A DNA stretch of 40,982 nt from Deltaproteobacteria bacterium (GTDB taxonomy: Bacteria; Desulfobacterota; Deferrimicrobia; Deferrimicrobiales; Deferrimicrobiaceae). This document shows, one piece after another, positions 29,320 through 40,621 of this stretch. The position numbers were made by a program, and so were the translations under genes. Below the pieces are notes generated by a model. It made no database searches and had not been told where the DNA came from. It saw only the letters and a list, made by a program, of their open reading frames with translations. Within the stretch, counting starts at the first letter, position 1; every line of letters starts with the position of its first letter. The stretch lies in assembly GCA_037441465.1 (NCBI GenBank), contig JBBISC010000005.1, positions 1 through 40,982 on the forward strand, read 5' to 3'.

Positions 29320-29653
29320 AATGAGAAGGATAATCGTTGGAAACGGCGTGTGCATGATCACGGAGATCCGGAAGGAGCCCCCGGCGGTCCCGGCGGTCCC
29401 CCGGCGGCGGGGATTCATCGCCCTGCTGTTGGCCCTTCTCGTGACCGGCCTGTTCAACGTCTGGCTGTCGGGCCAGTGCATCCGCACGGGGTACCGGGTT
29501 TCCTCCGCCCTCGAGGAGAAGCGCACGCTTCAGAAGGAGCAGGAGGTTCTCCGGCTGGAGGTTCTGGCGCTGAAGAGCCCTGCGCGCATCGACGCCATCG
29601 CCCGGAACGATCTGCACATGGTGCCCGCGCAGATGGACCGGGTGATCCGGTGA
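29306..29653 (+). CDS. ftsL: Cell division protein FtsL
   Basis: Small bitopic protein with one TM segment (FIALLLALLVTGLFNVW) followed by a coiled-coil/leucine-rich stretch, in the conserved position between rsmH and ftsI. The alternative start is ATG 29321. Confidence 0.8.
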   Translation: MEEAEMRRIIVGNGVCMITEIRKEPPAVPAVPRRRGFIALLLALLVTGLFNVWLSGQCIRTGYRVSSALEEKRTLQKEQEVLRLEVLALKSPARIDAIARNDLHMVPAQMDRVIR

Positions 29654-29654
29654 G

Positions 29655-31676
29655 ATGACCTCCCGCGCGCGCCTCATCCTCGGCGGGCTTCTCTCCCTCT
29701 ACGTCCTCGTTGTGCTCCGGGCGTTCCAGATACAGGTTCTGGGGGTCAGGGAGATCCGTGATCGGGGCGCGAAGCAGTACTGCTCCACCATCCCCCTCCT
29801 CCCCAAGCGGGGTGTGATCCTCGACCGGACGGGAACCGAGCTCGCGGTAAGCATCGCCACGAAGTCGATCTTCGTCCAGCCGGCGAAGCTCAGCGATCCC
29901 GACAAGGCGGCCAACCTCCTCGCCCCCCGGGTATCCCGTTCCGCCAGGGAGCTCCGGAAGCTGTTCGCCGGGGAGAAGGGATTCGTGTGGGTGCGGCGTC
30001 AAATGCCCTCCACCGCCGCGGAGGAAGCGGTGAGGGAAGTGAAGAAGGCGCTCAGCGCGCGCGATCCCGAAGCCCGTGGGAAGCCGTCGGCAGTCGACGG
30101 CATCGGGACAATCGAGGAGCCGAAACGTTTTTACCCGAACCGGGAACTGGCTGCGTCCCTTGTCGGCTTCACCAACCTGGACAGCGAGGGGATGGAGGGA
30201 GTCGAGCTTTCCCTGAACAGGTACCTGCGCGGCGAGCGGGGATTCCTCCTCTGCGAGCGGGACGCCCGGGGCCGCCTCATCGTACCCGCCACGACGCCCG
30301 TGGAGGTCAATTCGAAGGGACACTCGGTCGCACTCACGATCGACCGGAACGTCCAGCACGTCGCGGAAAGCGAGCTCCAGGCGGCGGTGGAGAAGTACCA
30401 CGCCCGCGGCGGCATGGCCGTGGTGCTCTCGCCCGGAACGGGAGAGATCCTCGCGATGGCGACGGCGCCTTCGTTCAATCCGAACGCTCCCGCCGGCGCC
30501 CCCGCGGAGGCGCGGAAAAACCGTTCCCTGACCGACAGCTTCGAGCCTGGATCGACCTTCAAGGTGTTCACCCTTGCGTCGGCCCTCGAGCTGGGAGCGG
30601 TGAGTACCACGGACCGGTTCTTCTGCGAGAACGGGGCCTACCACTACGCCGGGAAGGTGATCCACGACACGCATCGGTACGGGTGGCTCACCGCGCCGGA
30701 GGTGGTGAAGTTCTCCAGCAACATCGGCATCACGAAGATCAACGATCGGATGGACGGGAACCGGTTCTACGACATGATCCGGGCCTTCGGCTTCGGGTCC
30801 CGCACCGGGATCGAGCTCCAGGGGGAGGTCCCGGGGCTTGCGCCGTCCCGCCGCGACTTCGACAGCCGTCTCCGCCGCGCCACCGTCTCTTTCGGCCAGG
30901 GGATCTCGGTCACGCCGCTGCAGCTGGCCGCCGGGATGGCAGCCGTGGTCAACGGCGGAAAGGTGATGAAACCGTACCTGGTCCGGGAGATCCGCGACCC
31001 GGAGGGGAAGACCGTGTTCCGCGGAGAGCCGCAGGAGCTTCGCCGGGTCCTCTCCCCGAAGACATCGGCGCAGATGCGCGAGATCCTCGGGAAGGTGGTC
31101 GAAGAGGACGGGACGGGAACGCAGGCGCGCATCAAGGGATTCCTCGTCGGCGGGAAAACGGGGACGGCGCAGAAGGTCGAGCCGGGGTCGGGCCGGTACT
31201 CCGCGACGAAGCGGACCGCTTCCTTTATCGGCTTCCTCCCGCTGAACGATCCGAAGCTGCTAATCCTGGTCGTGATCGACGAGCCGCGAGGCCAGGTATA
31301 CGGCGGCGTCGTCGCCGCCCCGGCCTTCAACCAGATCGCGGTCAAGACGGCGTACTACCTCGGCATCCAGCCGACGGAGACGGCGGCGCTCGCCGCCGCC
31401 CGTCCTTCGGGACCGTCGGCGCCGGCCCGTGCGACGCCGGTGTCGACGGCGCGGACCGCGGGCGCGATGGTCATGCCCGACCTCTCGGGGCTGTCGATGG
31501 GAAGGGTCGTCGACATTATGGGAGGGTACACGGTCAAACTTTCGCTTATCGGGAGCGGAGTCGCCCGGGCGCAGACGCCGGCTCCCGGGGCCGTCCTCGT
31601 CCCCGGGACGGAGTGCTCCGCGATGTTCACGGCGGAGCCGCCGATGAAGATCGCTTCCGGCAAGGGGGCGCGGTGA
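29655..31676 (+). CDS. ftsI: Class B penicillin-binding protein / peptidoglycan D,D-transpeptidase FtsI with a C-terminal PASTA-like domain
   Basis: N-terminal TM anchor and transpeptidase motifs STFK, SSN and KTGT. The C-terminal ~52 aa (MPDLSGLSMGRVVDIM...GSGVARAQTPAPGAVLVPG) resemble a PASTA domain. Confidence 0.94.
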   Translation: MTSRARLILGGLLSLYVLVVLRAFQIQVLGVREIRDRGAKQYCSTIPLLPKRGVILDRTGTELAVSIATKSIFVQPAKLSDPDKAANLLAPRVSRSARELRKLFAGEKGFVWVRRQMPSTAAEEAVREVKKALSARDPEARGKPSAVDGIGTIEEPKRFYPNRELAASLVGFTNLDSEGMEGVELSLNRYLRGERGFLLCERDARGRLIVPATTPVEVNSKGHSVALTIDRNVQHVAESELQAAVEKYHARGGMAVVLSPGTGEILAMATAPSFNPNAPAGAPAEARKNRSLTDSFEPGSTFKVFTLASALELGAVSTTDRFFCENGAYHYAGKVIHDTHRYGWLTAPEVVKFSSNIGITKINDRMDGNRFYDMIRAFGFGSRTGIELQGEVPGLAPSRRDFDSRLRRATVSFGQGISVTPLQLAAGMAAVVNGGKVMKPYLVREIRDPEGKTVFRGEPQELRRVLSPKTSAQMREILGKVVEEDGTGTQARIKGFLVGGKTGTAQKVEPGSGRYSATKRTASFIGFLPLNDPKLLILVVIDEPRGQVYGGVVAAPAFNQIAVKTAYYLGIQPTETAALAAARPSGPSAPARATPVSTARTAGAMVMPDLSGLSMGRVVDIMGGYTVKLSLIGSGVARAQTPAPGAVLVPGTECSAMFTAEPPMKIASGKGAR

Positions 31677-33172
31677 AACTGGCCGAACTCCTGGCGGGGA
31701 TCGTCCCCGTGCCCGCCGGTCCCCTGGGGGAGATCGGGATCGGAGGGATCAGCGTCGATTCTCGCTCCGTGCGGCCCGGCGATCTGTTCGTTGCCGTTCC
31801 CGGCGCCCGCGCCGACGGCCACGCGTTTCTCGCCGACGCGGCGCGCGGCGGCGCGGCGGCGGCCCTGGTGGAGCGCGTAATTCCCTCCCCTCCCCTGCCG
31901 GTCGTGCTCGTCCCCTCCACGACGGCGGCGCTGCCTGGTGTGGCCGTGGCGTTCCACGGCGATCCGTCCGCGAAGCTGCGGGTGACGGGCGTCACGGGGA
32001 CCAACGGGAAGACGACGGTCACGTACCTGATCGAGTCGATCCTGGCGGCGGCCGGCCGCGTCCCCGCGGTGATCGGCACGATCGATTACCGGGTGGCCGG
32101 CACGGTCCTCCGGAAGGGGTTGACCACGCCGTTCCCCCACGACCTCCAGGCGGTGACGGCCGAGGTCGTCGCCCTCGGGGCCACCGACCTGCTGATGGAG
32201 GTGTCTTCCCACAGCGCCGCGCAGGGACGGATCGAGGGGGTCCGGTTCGACGTGGGAATCTTCACCAACCTCACGAGGGACCACCTCGACTTCCACGGCG
32301 ACATGGAATCGTACTTCTCCGCCAAGGCGCGTCTCTTCCGGGAATACCTCCCCGCCGGCGGGAAACGCACCGGGATCGCGGTGAACGGAGACGATCCGTA
32401 CGGCGAGCGACTCGCGCAGGAGTTTCCCTCTGCGACGACGTTCGGGTTCTCCCGATCCTGGGACATTCACCCGGAGAAGATGGAAATGACGTGGGGAGGG
32501 ACCCGGATGGTCCTCGCCACGCCGGCCGGTCCCCTGGTGCTGCGCTCGCCCCTGATCGGGGCGCACAACGTGTCCAACGTGATGGCGGCCGTCGCCGGTG
32601 GTCTCCTGTTCTCCGTGTCCCCCGCGACGGTTGCCGCCGGGATCGCCACCGCCGCGACGATCCCGGGACGGATGGAGCCGATCCCGAACGCGCGCGGGCT
32701 CCATGTATTCGTGGACTACGCCCACACCCCGGACGGGCTGGACCGGGTTCTCTCGACCCTGCGGGGATTGACGGAGGAACGGCTCCTCACCGTTTTCGGC
32801 TGCGGGGGAAACCGCGACCGCGGGAAGCGCCCCGCGATGGGGCGGGTGGCGGCGTTGCGTTCCGACATCGTCGTGCTGACCTCCGACAACCCGCGGGACG
32901 AGGATCCCGCGTCGATCATCGCGGAGATCGTCCCCGGGTTGACGTCGGAGGGGCTAGTGGAGGCGCATGGACCGGCCTCCTGGCGGGAGGGGTTCTTCCG
33001 CGTGGAAGCCGACAGGAAAGCGGCGATCGCTCTTGCCCTCTCTCTCGCGGAGCCGGGGGACACGGTGGCGGTCGTCGGGAAAGGACATGAGGATGTCCAG
33101 ATCATCGGAGATCGGCGCCTGCCGTTCGACGACCGGCAAGCGGTCCGGGACGCGCTTGCAGCGGGGAAGTAG
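31673..33172 (+). CDS. murE: UDP-N-acetylmuramoyl-L-alanyl-D-glutamate--2,6-diaminopimelate ligase
   Basis: Mur ligase P-loop VTGTNGKTT, plus a DNPR motif consistent with DAP specificity. GTGA overlap with ftsI. The upstream part of the 29987-33172 track ORF is out-of-frame ftsI sequence. Confidence 0.95.
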   Translation: MKLAELLAGIVPVPAGPLGEIGIGGISVDSRSVRPGDLFVAVPGARADGHAFLADAARGGAAAALVERVIPSPPLPVVLVPSTTAALPGVAVAFHGDPSAKLRVTGVTGTNGKTTVTYLIESILAAAGRVPAVIGTIDYRVAGTVLRKGLTTPFPHDLQAVTAEVVALGATDLLMEVSSHSAAQGRIEGVRFDVGIFTNLTRDHLDFHGDMESYFSAKARLFREYLPAGGKRTGIAVNGDDPYGERLAQEFPSATTFGFSRSWDIHPEKMEMTWGGTRMVLATPAGPLVLRSPLIGAHNVSNVMAAVAGGLLFSVSPATVAAGIATAATIPGRMEPIPNARGLHVFVDYAHTPDGLDRVLSTLRGLTEERLLTVFGCGGNRDRGKRPAMGRVAALRSDIVVLTSDNPRDEDPASIIAEIVPGLTSEGLVEAHGPASWREGFFRVEADRKAAIALALSLAEPGDTVAVVGKGHEDVQIIGDRRLPFDDRQAVRDALAAGK

Positions 33173-33173
33173 G

Positions 33174-34571
33174 ATGACGCTCCCGGAAGTGATCGGGGCG
33201 ATCCACCCGTTGCGGGAGGCGGGGGGGATCTCCCCGTCGGAACCGATCGGGGCGGTCACCTCGGACAGCCGTGACGTCGGGCCGGGTTCCGTCTTCATCG
33301 CCCTCCCGGGGGAGCGAGCCGACGGCGCGGACTTCGTCGGAGAGGCGTTCGGGAAAGGCGCGCTCGCGGCGATCGTCTCGGAGGCGGGCGCGCGGAAGGT
33401 GCCGGGCGGGCTGGCCCGAACGAAGGCGGTCTTCGTCGTCCAGGACCCCGTGGAAGCCCTCGGCGACATGGCCCGGGCCCATCGGCTTCGCCACCGGGAC
33501 ATCCCCCTGGTGGGAATCACCGGGAGTTCCGGGAAGACGACCACGAAGGAGATGCTGTTCTGCCTCCTCTCGCGGTCCCGCCGCGTGCTGCACAATCCCG
33601 GAAACCGGAACAACCTGATCGGGATGCCCCTGGCGCTCCTCGAACTGTCCGGGGAGCACGACGCGGCGATCCTCGAGATGGGTTCCAACGCGCCGGGAGA
33701 GATCGCCCGGCTGGCCGGCATCGCCTGCCCCGACATCGCGGTGATCACGAACATCGCCCCCGCGCACCTCGAAGGATTCCGCACCATGGAAGGGGTCGCG
33801 CGCGAGAAGGGGGATCTCTTCCGGGCCCTTGACGGCGCCGGCACCGCCGTGGTCAACGCGACCGACCTCCGCGTCGTCCGCGAGGCGGGCCGTTGCCGCG
33901 CCGAAAAGGTCCACTACGGTGTCGCGCTGAACGACTTCTCCGGACGGGTCGTCTCGATGTCCGACGCCGGGATGCGGATCGCCGTTCGAACGCCGGCCGG
34001 CGAGTTCTCTTCCTTCATCGGGATCGCCGGGGATCACCACCTGATGAACGCACTCGCGGCGACGGCCGCCGCCTTCACCCTCGGGATGCGCCCCGCGGAG
34101 ATGGAGGAGGGGTTTGCGGGCTTCGTTTCCGTGCCGGGCCGGTTTCACGCCGTGCCCCTTCGGGGCGGCGGTCTCCTCCTGGACGACAGCTACAACGCCA
34201 ATCCCGCATCCACCGAGGCCGCGCTGCGCTCCCTCGCGTCGCTGGCCCGGGGTCGGCGCACCGTCGTCGTTTTCGGCGACATGCTGGAACTCGGGGAGAG
34301 CTCTCCCGCGTCGCATTTCCGCATCGGACACCTGATCGCCGCCCTCTCCGTGGACCGGTTCTTCGCGTTCGGCGACGGGGCGGCCCATGCCGCGCGCGGG
34401 GCGAAGGAGGGCGGGATGAGCGACGCCGCGATCGATCACACGTTGGACCGCGCGCGGCTCCGGGAGGCGGTGCGCGGATTCGTCGCGGAAGGGGACGTCG
34501 TTCTGGTGAAGGGATCGCGGGGGATGCGCCTCGACGAGGTGGCGGCGGAACTCCGGGAGGTCATGGCGTAA
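33174..34571 (+). CDS. murF: UDP-N-acetylmuramoyl-tripeptide--D-alanyl-D-alanine ligase
   Basis: Mur ligase P-loop [16 protein letters not shown], and the conserved position after murE. Confidence 0.95.
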   Translation: MTLPEVIGAIHPLREAGGISPSEPIGAVTSDSRDVGPGSVFIALPGERADGADFVGEAFGKGALAAIVSEAGARKVPGGLARTKAVFVVQDPVEALGDMARAHRLRHRDIPLVGITGSSGKTTTKEMLFCLLSRSRRVLHNPGNRNNLIGMPLALLELSGEHDAAILEMGSNAPGEIARLAGIACPDIAVITNIAPAHLEGFRTMEGVAREKGDLFRALDGAGTAVVNATDLRVVREAGRCRAEKVHYGVALNDFSGRVVSMSDAGMRIAVRTPAGEFSSFIGIAGDHHLMNALAATAAAFTLGMRPAEMEEGFAGFVSVPGRFHAVPLRGGGLLLDDSYNANPASTEAALRSLASLARGRRTVVVFGDMLELGESSPASHFRIGHLIAALSVDRFFAFGDGAAHAARGAKEGGMSDAAIDHTLDRARLREAVRGFVAEGDVVLVKGSRGMRLDEVAAELREVMA

Positions 34572-34575
34572 AAGA

Positions 34576-35652
34576 ATGCTCTATCACCTCCTATTTCCGC
34601 TCCATGCGAACCATTCGTTCTTCAACGTGTTCCGGTACATCACGTTCCGGACGATCTACGCGGCAATCACGGCGCTGCTGATCTCCTTTCTCCTCGGGCC
34701 CTGGCTGATCCGCGTTCTCCGGAGCCACCAGGTCGGGCAGACCATCCGGCTGGACGGCCCGGAGAGCCACCTCTCCAAGGAGGGGACGCCGACGATGGGG
34801 GGGTTGCTCATCGTCCTCGCGACGGTTATACCGACACTGTTGTGGGCGAACCTCGCGAATCACTACATATGGATCGCCGTGTTCGTGACGCTCGGGTTCG
34901 GCGCGATCGGCTTCGTCGATGACTACAGGAAGGTCATCCGGAAGGACACGAAGGGGCTGAGCCCGCGCAGGAAACTGATCGCACAGTTCGCCCTTGCCGC
35001 AGGCGCCGCCGCGCTCATCTTCATGGATATCGGCATCAAGGACACGGTGCTCATCCCCTTCCTGAAGAACGTCCGCCCTTCCCTCGGGTTCCTCTACATC
35101 CCGTTCATCGTCCTGGTGATCGTGGGGGCCTCCAACGCGGTGAACCTGACCGACGGGCTGGACGGGCTGGCCATCGGCCCCTCCATCATCGCCGCCGGGA
35201 CGTACATGCTCTTCGCCTATCTCACCGGCAACGTCAAGATCGCGAACTACCTCCAGATCCAGTACGTCGCCGGCGTCGGGGAGCTGACGATCTTCTGCGG
35301 CGCCCTCGCGGGGGCGGGTCTCGGGTTCCTCTGGTTCAACGCCTACCCGGCGCAGCTGTTCATGGGGGACACGGGCTCCCTTGCCCTGGGGGCGGCGCTG
35401 GGGACGGTCGCGGTGATGGTGAAGCAGGAACTCGTCCTTGTGCTGGTGGGGGGGGTCTTCGTGGTGGAGGCCCTATCGGTGATCTTCCAGGTGACCTCCT
35501 ACAAGACCCGGAGGAAACGGATCTTCCGGATGGCGCCGATCCATCACCACTTCGAGCTGCAGGGGTGGGCCGAGCCGAAGATCATCGTCCGGTTCTGGAT
35601 CATCTCGATCATCCTCGCGCTGCTGGCGATCAGCACGCTGAAGATCCGGTGA
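34576..35652 (+). CDS. mraY: Phospho-N-acetylmuramoyl-pentapeptide transferase
   Basis: Ten-TM protein with [14 protein letters not shown] and APIHHHFE motifs. Confidence 0.97.
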   Translation: MLYHLLFPLHANHSFFNVFRYITFRTIYAAITALLISFLLGPWLIRVLRSHQVGQTIRLDGPESHLSKEGTPTMGGLLIVLATVIPTLLWANLANHYIWIAVFVTLGFGAIGFVDDYRKVIRKDTKGLSPRRKLIAQFALAAGAAALIFMDIGIKDTVLIPFLKNVRPSLGFLYIPFIVLVIVGASNAVNLTDGLDGLAIGPSIIAAGTYMLFAYLTGNVKIANYLQIQYVAGVGELTIFCGALAGAGLGFLWFNAYPAQLFMGDTGSLALGAALGTVAVMVKQELVLVLVGGVFVVEALSVIFQVTSYKTRRKRIFRMAPIHHHFELQGWAEPKIIVRFWIISIILALLAISTLKIR

Positions 35653-35654
35653 CG

Positions 35655-37001
35655 ATGGGACCTTTCGCGGAAAAACAGGTGATCGTGGCGGGTGCGGGAC
35701 GGTCCGGGCTCCTGTCGGCGCGCCTGCTGGCCGGGGAGGGGGCCCGGGTCACGCTGCGGGACGACCGTTCCCGCGCGGACGTCGAGGCGTCGCTGTGCGA
35801 GCCGATCCCCGCCGGGATCGCCTTCCTGCGCGGGATGCCCGGGGAAGAGGAAGTTCGGGGGAGCGCGCTGCTCGTCGTGTCGCCCGGCGTTCCCCGGGAG
35901 AGGCTACCCCTTTCGTCCCTCGCCGCGGCAAGTGTCCCGGTATGGGGGGAGCTGGAGCTCGGGTTCCGGAGGTTTCAGGGAAAGGTGGCGGCGATCACGG
36001 GGACCAACGGGAAGTCGACGGTGACCACCCTCGTCGGGGGAATGGCTTTCCAGGCCTTCCCCCGGGTGTTCGTCGGGGGGAATCTCGGGACACCGTTCGT
36101 CGCCGCCGCGGGGGCTCCCTGCGACTGGGGCGTGGTGGAAGTCTCCAGCTTCCAGCTCGAGTCGATCGAAAGTTTCCGGCCCCGGGTGGCGGCGCTGCTG
36201 AACCTCACCGAGGACCATCGTGACCGGTATGCGGCGAAGGAGGCGTATTTCGAGGCCAAGATGGCGGTCTTCCGGAACCAGGGTCCGTCCGACACCGCGG
36301 TCGTCAATGCCGACGACCCCGAGGTGACCGCGCGCATGGGTTCGATCCGGGCGCGGCTCCTCCCGTTCTCCGTGTCGCGGACCCTTACGGAGGGCGCCTT
36401 CCTTTCGGGAGGGGAGATGGTGCTCCGGACGGCCTATGGAGAGGAGCGCTATCCCCGGGGGGTCCTAAAGATCCCCGGGCTTCAGAACGTGGAGAACGCC
36501 CTCGCGGCGATCGCCGTCGCACGTTCGATGGAGGTTCCGCCGCCGGCCGTGCTGGCGGAGCTCGCGCGGTTCCCGGGGCTGCCGCACCGGGTGGAGTTCG
36601 TCCGATCGGTCGCGGGAGTGTCGTATTACGACGATTCCAAGGGGACGAACGTGGGCGCTGTCCTCGCCGCCCTCGACGGATTCCCCGGGACCGTGGTGCT
36701 GATCGCGGGAGGCAAGGACAAAGGGGTGGACTTCCGGCCCCTGCGAGCCGCCCTCGGCAGAAAGGCCCGGGCCGTCGTGCTTCTTGGGGAGGCCAGCGGC
36801 AGGATGGCGATGGAGTTGGCGGGGGCGGCGCCGATCACCGTGGCCGGCACGCTCGCCCAAGCGGTGTTCGCCGCGGCCGAAGCCGCCCGGAAGGGGGACG
36901 CGGTCGTCTTCTCGCCGGCGTGCTCGAGCTTCGACATGTTCCGGAACTTCGAGGAGCGCGGGGAGGCGTTCCGCAAGGCCGTGGAGGAACTGCCCGGATG
37001 A
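35655..37001 (+). CDS. murD: UDP-N-acetylmuramoylalanine--D-glutamate ligase
   Basis: Rossmann N-terminus VAGAGRSG, P-loop ITGTNGKST and C-terminal DDSKGTN. Confidence 0.95.
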   Translation: MGPFAEKQVIVAGAGRSGLLSARLLAGEGARVTLRDDRSRADVEASLCEPIPAGIAFLRGMPGEEEVRGSALLVVSPGVPRERLPLSSLAAASVPVWGELELGFRRFQGKVAAITGTNGKSTVTTLVGGMAFQAFPRVFVGGNLGTPFVAAAGAPCDWGVVEVSSFQLESIESFRPRVAALLNLTEDHRDRYAAKEAYFEAKMAVFRNQGPSDTAVVNADDPEVTARMGSIRARLLPFSVSRTLTEGAFLSGGEMVLRTAYGEERYPRGVLKIPGLQNVENALAAIAVARSMEVPPPAVLAELARFPGLPHRVEFVRSVAGVSYYDDSKGTNVGAVLAALDGFPGTVVLIAGGKDKGVDFRPLRAALGRKARAVVLLGEASGRMAMELAGAAPITVAGTLAQAVFAAAEAARKGDAVVFSPACSSFDMFRNFEERGEAFRKAVEELPG

Positions 37002-38179
37002 TCCTCGGGAAACGCCACGAGAACCTGATCCTCGCGCTGTGCGCCCTGTCGCTGACGGTTCTCGGCATGATCATGATCTACAGCGCGACGAACGTAATGG
37101 CGGGTTCGTCGGCACGGTACGGGTTCGACCCGGCGTACTTCTTCAAGCGCCAGGTCCAGTTCCTGGCGATCGGGATCGCGCTCGCCATGGGTCTGTCGCG
37201 CCTCGACCACGACTTCTACCGCCGGCGGATCGGGTGGATCGTCGGGGTGGCCTTCCTGCTTCTGGTGCTGGTGTTCGTTCCCGGGGTCAGGCACTCGGCG
37301 AACGGCGCTTCCCGGTGGATCAACCTGCGCCTCTTCACCTTCCAGCCCTCCGAGTTCGCGAAGTTCGCCCTGCTCGCCTTCGCCGCGTGGGCCATCGACC
37401 GGAAAGGGGAGAAACCGAAGCAGGGGTACCGCGCGTTCCTCCCGATGCTGGCGGTGATGGGGCTGTTCGTCGCGGTGATCCTGAAGCAGCCGGACTTCGG
37501 GATGGCCGTCGTGATCATCGCGTCATTCCTCGTGATCGTGTTCATCGCGGGGTTTCCCTGGAAACTCCTGGCCACCATTGTTGCCTCGGGCGCCGTGGGC
37601 GCCGCTCTCCTCATCCTGGCCAAGCCGTACCGGGTCGCGCGGATCCGCGCGTTCCTCGACCCGATCTCGCAGGCCCGGACGGTGGGGTACCAGGTCGTAC
37701 AGTCCCTGATCGCCTTTTCCAACGGGGGTCTCCTCGGGACGGGCGTCGGCGGGGGAAAGCAGAAGCTTTTCTACCTGCCTGAGCTGCACACCGACTACAT
37801 CTTCTCGGTGATCGGGGAAGAACTCGGGTTCGCCGGCGTGATGCTCGTCGCCGCGTGCTTCGTCATCATGGTGTGGGTGGGGTACCGGATCGCGCGCCGG
37901 GCGCGGGACCCGTTCGGCATGTACCTCGCCATGGGGGTTTCCTCCGTGATCGGCATCCAGGCGCTGATGAACATGATGGTGGGACTTTCGATGCTCCCTC
38001 CGAAGGGGATGGTGCTGCCGTTCCTGAGCTACGGGGGAAGTTCCCTGATTCTGCACATGGCGGCGATCGGCGTGCTGATGAACATATCCCTGAAGGGGGC
38101 GGATGGTCTTGCCACTGCGGATGATCGTAGCCGGGGGAGGGACCGGAGGGCACGTCTTTCCGGGGATCGCCCTTGCTGA
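36998..38179 (+). CDS. ftsW: SEDS-family peptidoglycan glycosyltransferase FtsW
   Basis: Polytopic SEDS protein (QPSEFAK, PDFGMA, LPELHTDYIFSVIGEELGF, GMVLPFLSYGGSS). ATGA overlap with murD. The C-terminal tail overlaps murG. Confidence 0.94.
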   Translation: MILGKRHENLILALCALSLTVLGMIMIYSATNVMAGSSARYGFDPAYFFKRQVQFLAIGIALAMGLSRLDHDFYRRRIGWIVGVAFLLLVLVFVPGVRHSANGASRWINLRLFTFQPSEFAKFALLAFAAWAIDRKGEKPKQGYRAFLPMLAVMGLFVAVILKQPDFGMAVVIIASFLVIVFIAGFPWKLLATIVASGAVGAALLILAKPYRVARIRAFLDPISQARTVGYQVVQSLIAFSNGGLLGTGVGGGKQKLFYLPELHTDYIFSVIGEELGFAGVMLVAACFVIMVWVGYRIARRARDPFGMYLAMGVSSVIGIQALMNMMVGLSMLPPKGMVLPFLSYGGSSLILHMAAIGVLMNISLKGADGLATADDRSRGRDRRARLSGDRPC

Positions 38180-39230
38180 TGCGTTTCTCTCCCTCTGTCC
38201 CGACGGCTCCGTCTCCTTCGTCGGGACAAGGGAAGGTCTCGAGGCGCGGGCCGTTCCTGCCAGGGGGTACCCGATCGACTTCGTCTCCTCCGGCCAGGTA
38301 CGAGGGAAGGGGATCGGGGCCCTCCCGGGCGCCCTACGGATGGCGATCGGATTTCTTGCGGCGGTGGCGGTCTTGAGGCGGCGACGCCCGGACCTGGTCT
38401 TCGGCGTGGGAGGATACGCCTCGGTGCCGGTGGCGCTTTCCTCCGCGCTCCTGGGCATCCCGCTGTTCCTGCAGGAGCAGAACAGCGTGCCCGGCCGTTC
38501 GAACCGGTTCCTGGCGCGGCATGCGGTCCGGGTGTTCACGGGCTTTTCGGGCGCGGTCCCTTTCTTCCCTCCGGGTCGGGCGGAGGTCACGGGGAACCCG
38601 GTCCGCCCGGAGATCGTAGCGGCGGCGCGGGAGCGCGGGAGTTCATTTCCTCCGGAGACGCCGTTCACCGTGCTGGCGCTGGGAGGTTCGCAGGGGGCAC
38701 GGGCGATCAACACCCGGGTGCTGGGGATGGCCAGGAGAGCGGTGCGGGAGGGGGCGGCGATCCGGTTTCTGCTGCAGACGGGGGCGCGGGAGCACGAGGC
38801 GGTGGCGCGATCGGCGCGGGAGGAGGCCCTCCCGGTGGAGCCGTTTCCGTTCACCGACCGGATCGGGGATTGGTTCCCGCGCTGCCACGCCGTGCTGATG
38901 CGCGCGGGAGCCCTCTCCATCGCGGAGGCGGCGCTCTTCGGACGCCCGTGCGTGCTCGTTCCGTACCCTTTCGCGGCGGACGACCACCAGACGGGGAACG
39001 CGAGGGAGTTCTGCGCTTCCGGCGCCGGAGCATGGCTGCCGGAAGGCGAGGCGACGGAGGAGGCGCTCTGGTCGACGCTGTGGAACCTCGGCGACGATCG
39101 GGTCGCGCGGGAGCGCGCGGGAGCGGCGGCGATTTCCTTCTCCCGGCCCTTTGCTTCCGTCGATGCGGTCCGCACGGCGCTGCGGCTATCCGGGAACGTA
39201 TCCGGGGAGGGGGTCGCTCCGAATGTATAG
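38103..39230 (+). CDS. murG: UDP-N-acetylglucosamine--N-acetylmuramyl-(pentapeptide) pyrophosphoryl-undecaprenol N-acetylglucosamine transferase
   Basis: [16 protein letters not shown]-terminal motif and a GT28 C-terminal domain ([15 protein letters not shown]). The start is ATG 38103 or ATG 38121. Confidence 0.94.
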   Translation: MVLPLRMIVAGGGTGGHVFPGIALADAFLSLCPDGSVSFVGTREGLEARAVPARGYPIDFVSSGQVRGKGIGALPGALRMAIGFLAAVAVLRRRRPDLVFGVGGYASVPVALSSALLGIPLFLQEQNSVPGRSNRFLARHAVRVFTGFSGAVPFFPPGRAEVTGNPVRPEIVAAARERGSSFPPETPFTVLALGGSQGARAINTRVLGMARRAVREGAAIRFLLQTGAREHEAVARSAREEALPVEPFPFTDRIGDWFPRCHAVLMRAGALSIAEAALFGRPCVLVPYPFAADDHQTGNAREFCASGAGAWLPEGEATEEALWSTLWNLGDDRVARERAGAAAISFSRPFASVDAVRTALRLSGNVSGEGVAPNV

Positions 39231-40590
39231 GAAGGGACTCTCCATCCACTTCGTGGGGATCGGCGGCATCGGGATGAGCGGGATCGCGGAACTGCTCCTG
39301 AATCTCGGGTACCGGGTGTCGGGGTCCGACCTGCGCCGCTCCGACACGACGGAGCGGCTCGATCGGCTCGGAGCGGTGGTGCGGACGGGGCACTCCGCCT
39401 CGAACGTCCCTGCGGACGGCCACGTGGTGGTCGTCTCCTCGGCGGTCCAGCCCGACAACCCCGAGGTTCTCGAGGCGCACCGCCGGAAGATCCCCGTGAT
39501 CCCGCGCGCCGAGATGCTGGCGGAGTTGATGCGGATGAAGTACGGCATCGCGATCGCCGGAACGCACGGTAAGACCACGACGACCTCGATGGTCGCCACG
39601 GTGCTCGCGACGGCCGGCTGGGACCCGACGGCGGTCGTGGGCGGAAAGCTGAACAGCCTCGGATCCAACGCGAAGCTGGGTCAGGGGGAGTTCCTCGTCG
39701 CGGAGGCGGACGAGAGCGACGGATCGTTCCTGAAACTCTCTCCCACGGTGGCGGTGGTCACCAACATCGACCCGGAGCACCTCGATTACTACTCGGGGAT
39801 CGGGCAGATCAAGGAGACGTTCCTCCACTTCATCAACAAGGTCCCCTTCTACGGGTTCTCGGTCCTGTGCATCGATCACCCCAATGTCCTGGAGTTGATC
39901 CCTTCCGTGGAGAAGACCTTCGTCACCTACGGGTTCTCCCGTTCCGCGGACTACCGGGCGGATGAAGTGGTCGCGTCCGGGATGACGAACCGGTTTGCCG
40001 TCTTCGCGAGGGGCGAGCGGCTCGGCGATGTCTTCCTCCGGGCGCCCGGGCGCCACAACGTCAGCAACGCCCTCGCCGCCGCCGCCGTCGCCCTCGAGCT
40101 CGGGATCCCGTTCGACCAGGTGAGCGCGGGCCTGTCCGGGTACGCCGGGGTGGGTCGGCGCTTCCAGGTGAAGGGAGAGATCGACGGCGTCACGGTGGTG
40201 GACGATTACGGCCACCACCCGGTGGAGGTTCGGGCGACCCTTGCCGCGGCGCGCGAGGTCTGGCCCGACCGGCGGATCGTCGTAGGATTTCAACCGCACC
40301 GGTACACGCGCACCCGGGCGCTGTTCAAGGAGTTTCTCTCGGCTTTTCAGGACGCGGATGTGGTACTCGTGCTCGACGTGTACTCCGCGGGAGAGGAGCC
40401 GATCGAGGGGGCCACCGGCGAAGCGTTATGCACCGCGGTCCGGGAGCACGGACACCGGGAGGCCATTTATTTGGGTAAATCCGCCGGAGCGTGGGAGGCG
40501 GTTCGCGCCACACTGCAACCGGGGGATATCTTTCTGACAATGGGGGCCGGCGATGTCTGGAAACTGGGCGAAAGCCTTCTCACGCGGTAG
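39223..40590 (+). CDS. murC: UDP-N-acetylmuramate--L-alanine ligase
   Basis: [18 protein letters not shown]-terminus, P-loop [12 protein letters not shown], and DDYGHHP. ATG 39223 is preceded by GGGGAGGGGG. Confidence 0.96.
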   Translation: MYRKGLSIHFVGIGGIGMSGIAELLLNLGYRVSGSDLRRSDTTERLDRLGAVVRTGHSASNVPADGHVVVVSSAVQPDNPEVLEAHRRKIPVIPRAEMLAELMRMKYGIAIAGTHGKTTTTSMVATVLATAGWDPTAVVGGKLNSLGSNAKLGQGEFLVAEADESDGSFLKLSPTVAVVTNIDPEHLDYYSGIGQIKETFLHFINKVPFYGFSVLCIDHPNVLELIPSVEKTFVTYGFSRSADYRADEVVASGMTNRFAVFARGERLGDVFLRAPGRHNVSNALAAAAVALELGIPFDQVSAGLSGYAGVGRRFQVKGEIDGVTVVDDYGHHPVEVRATLAAAREVWPDRRIVVGFQPHRYTRTRALFKEFLSAFQDADVVLVLDVYSAGEEPIEGATGEALCTAVREHGHREAIYLGKSAGAWEAVRATLQPGDIFLTMGAGDVWKLGESLLTR

Positions 40591-40621
40591 CGGAGGGAAG
40601 GGCAGGGAGGCTGGGGCGGTC

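Noticed and set aside
29987-33172. 1061-aa + strand ORF that looks like a giant fusion protein
   Set aside because: Only the part from GTG 31673 onward is MurE. The upstream 560 codons are an alternative frame of ftsI with low-complexity Arg/Gly/Pro content. The same applies to 8448-9932 (only rpmE is real), 17945-19579 (only hisF) and 17772-18776 (only hisA).
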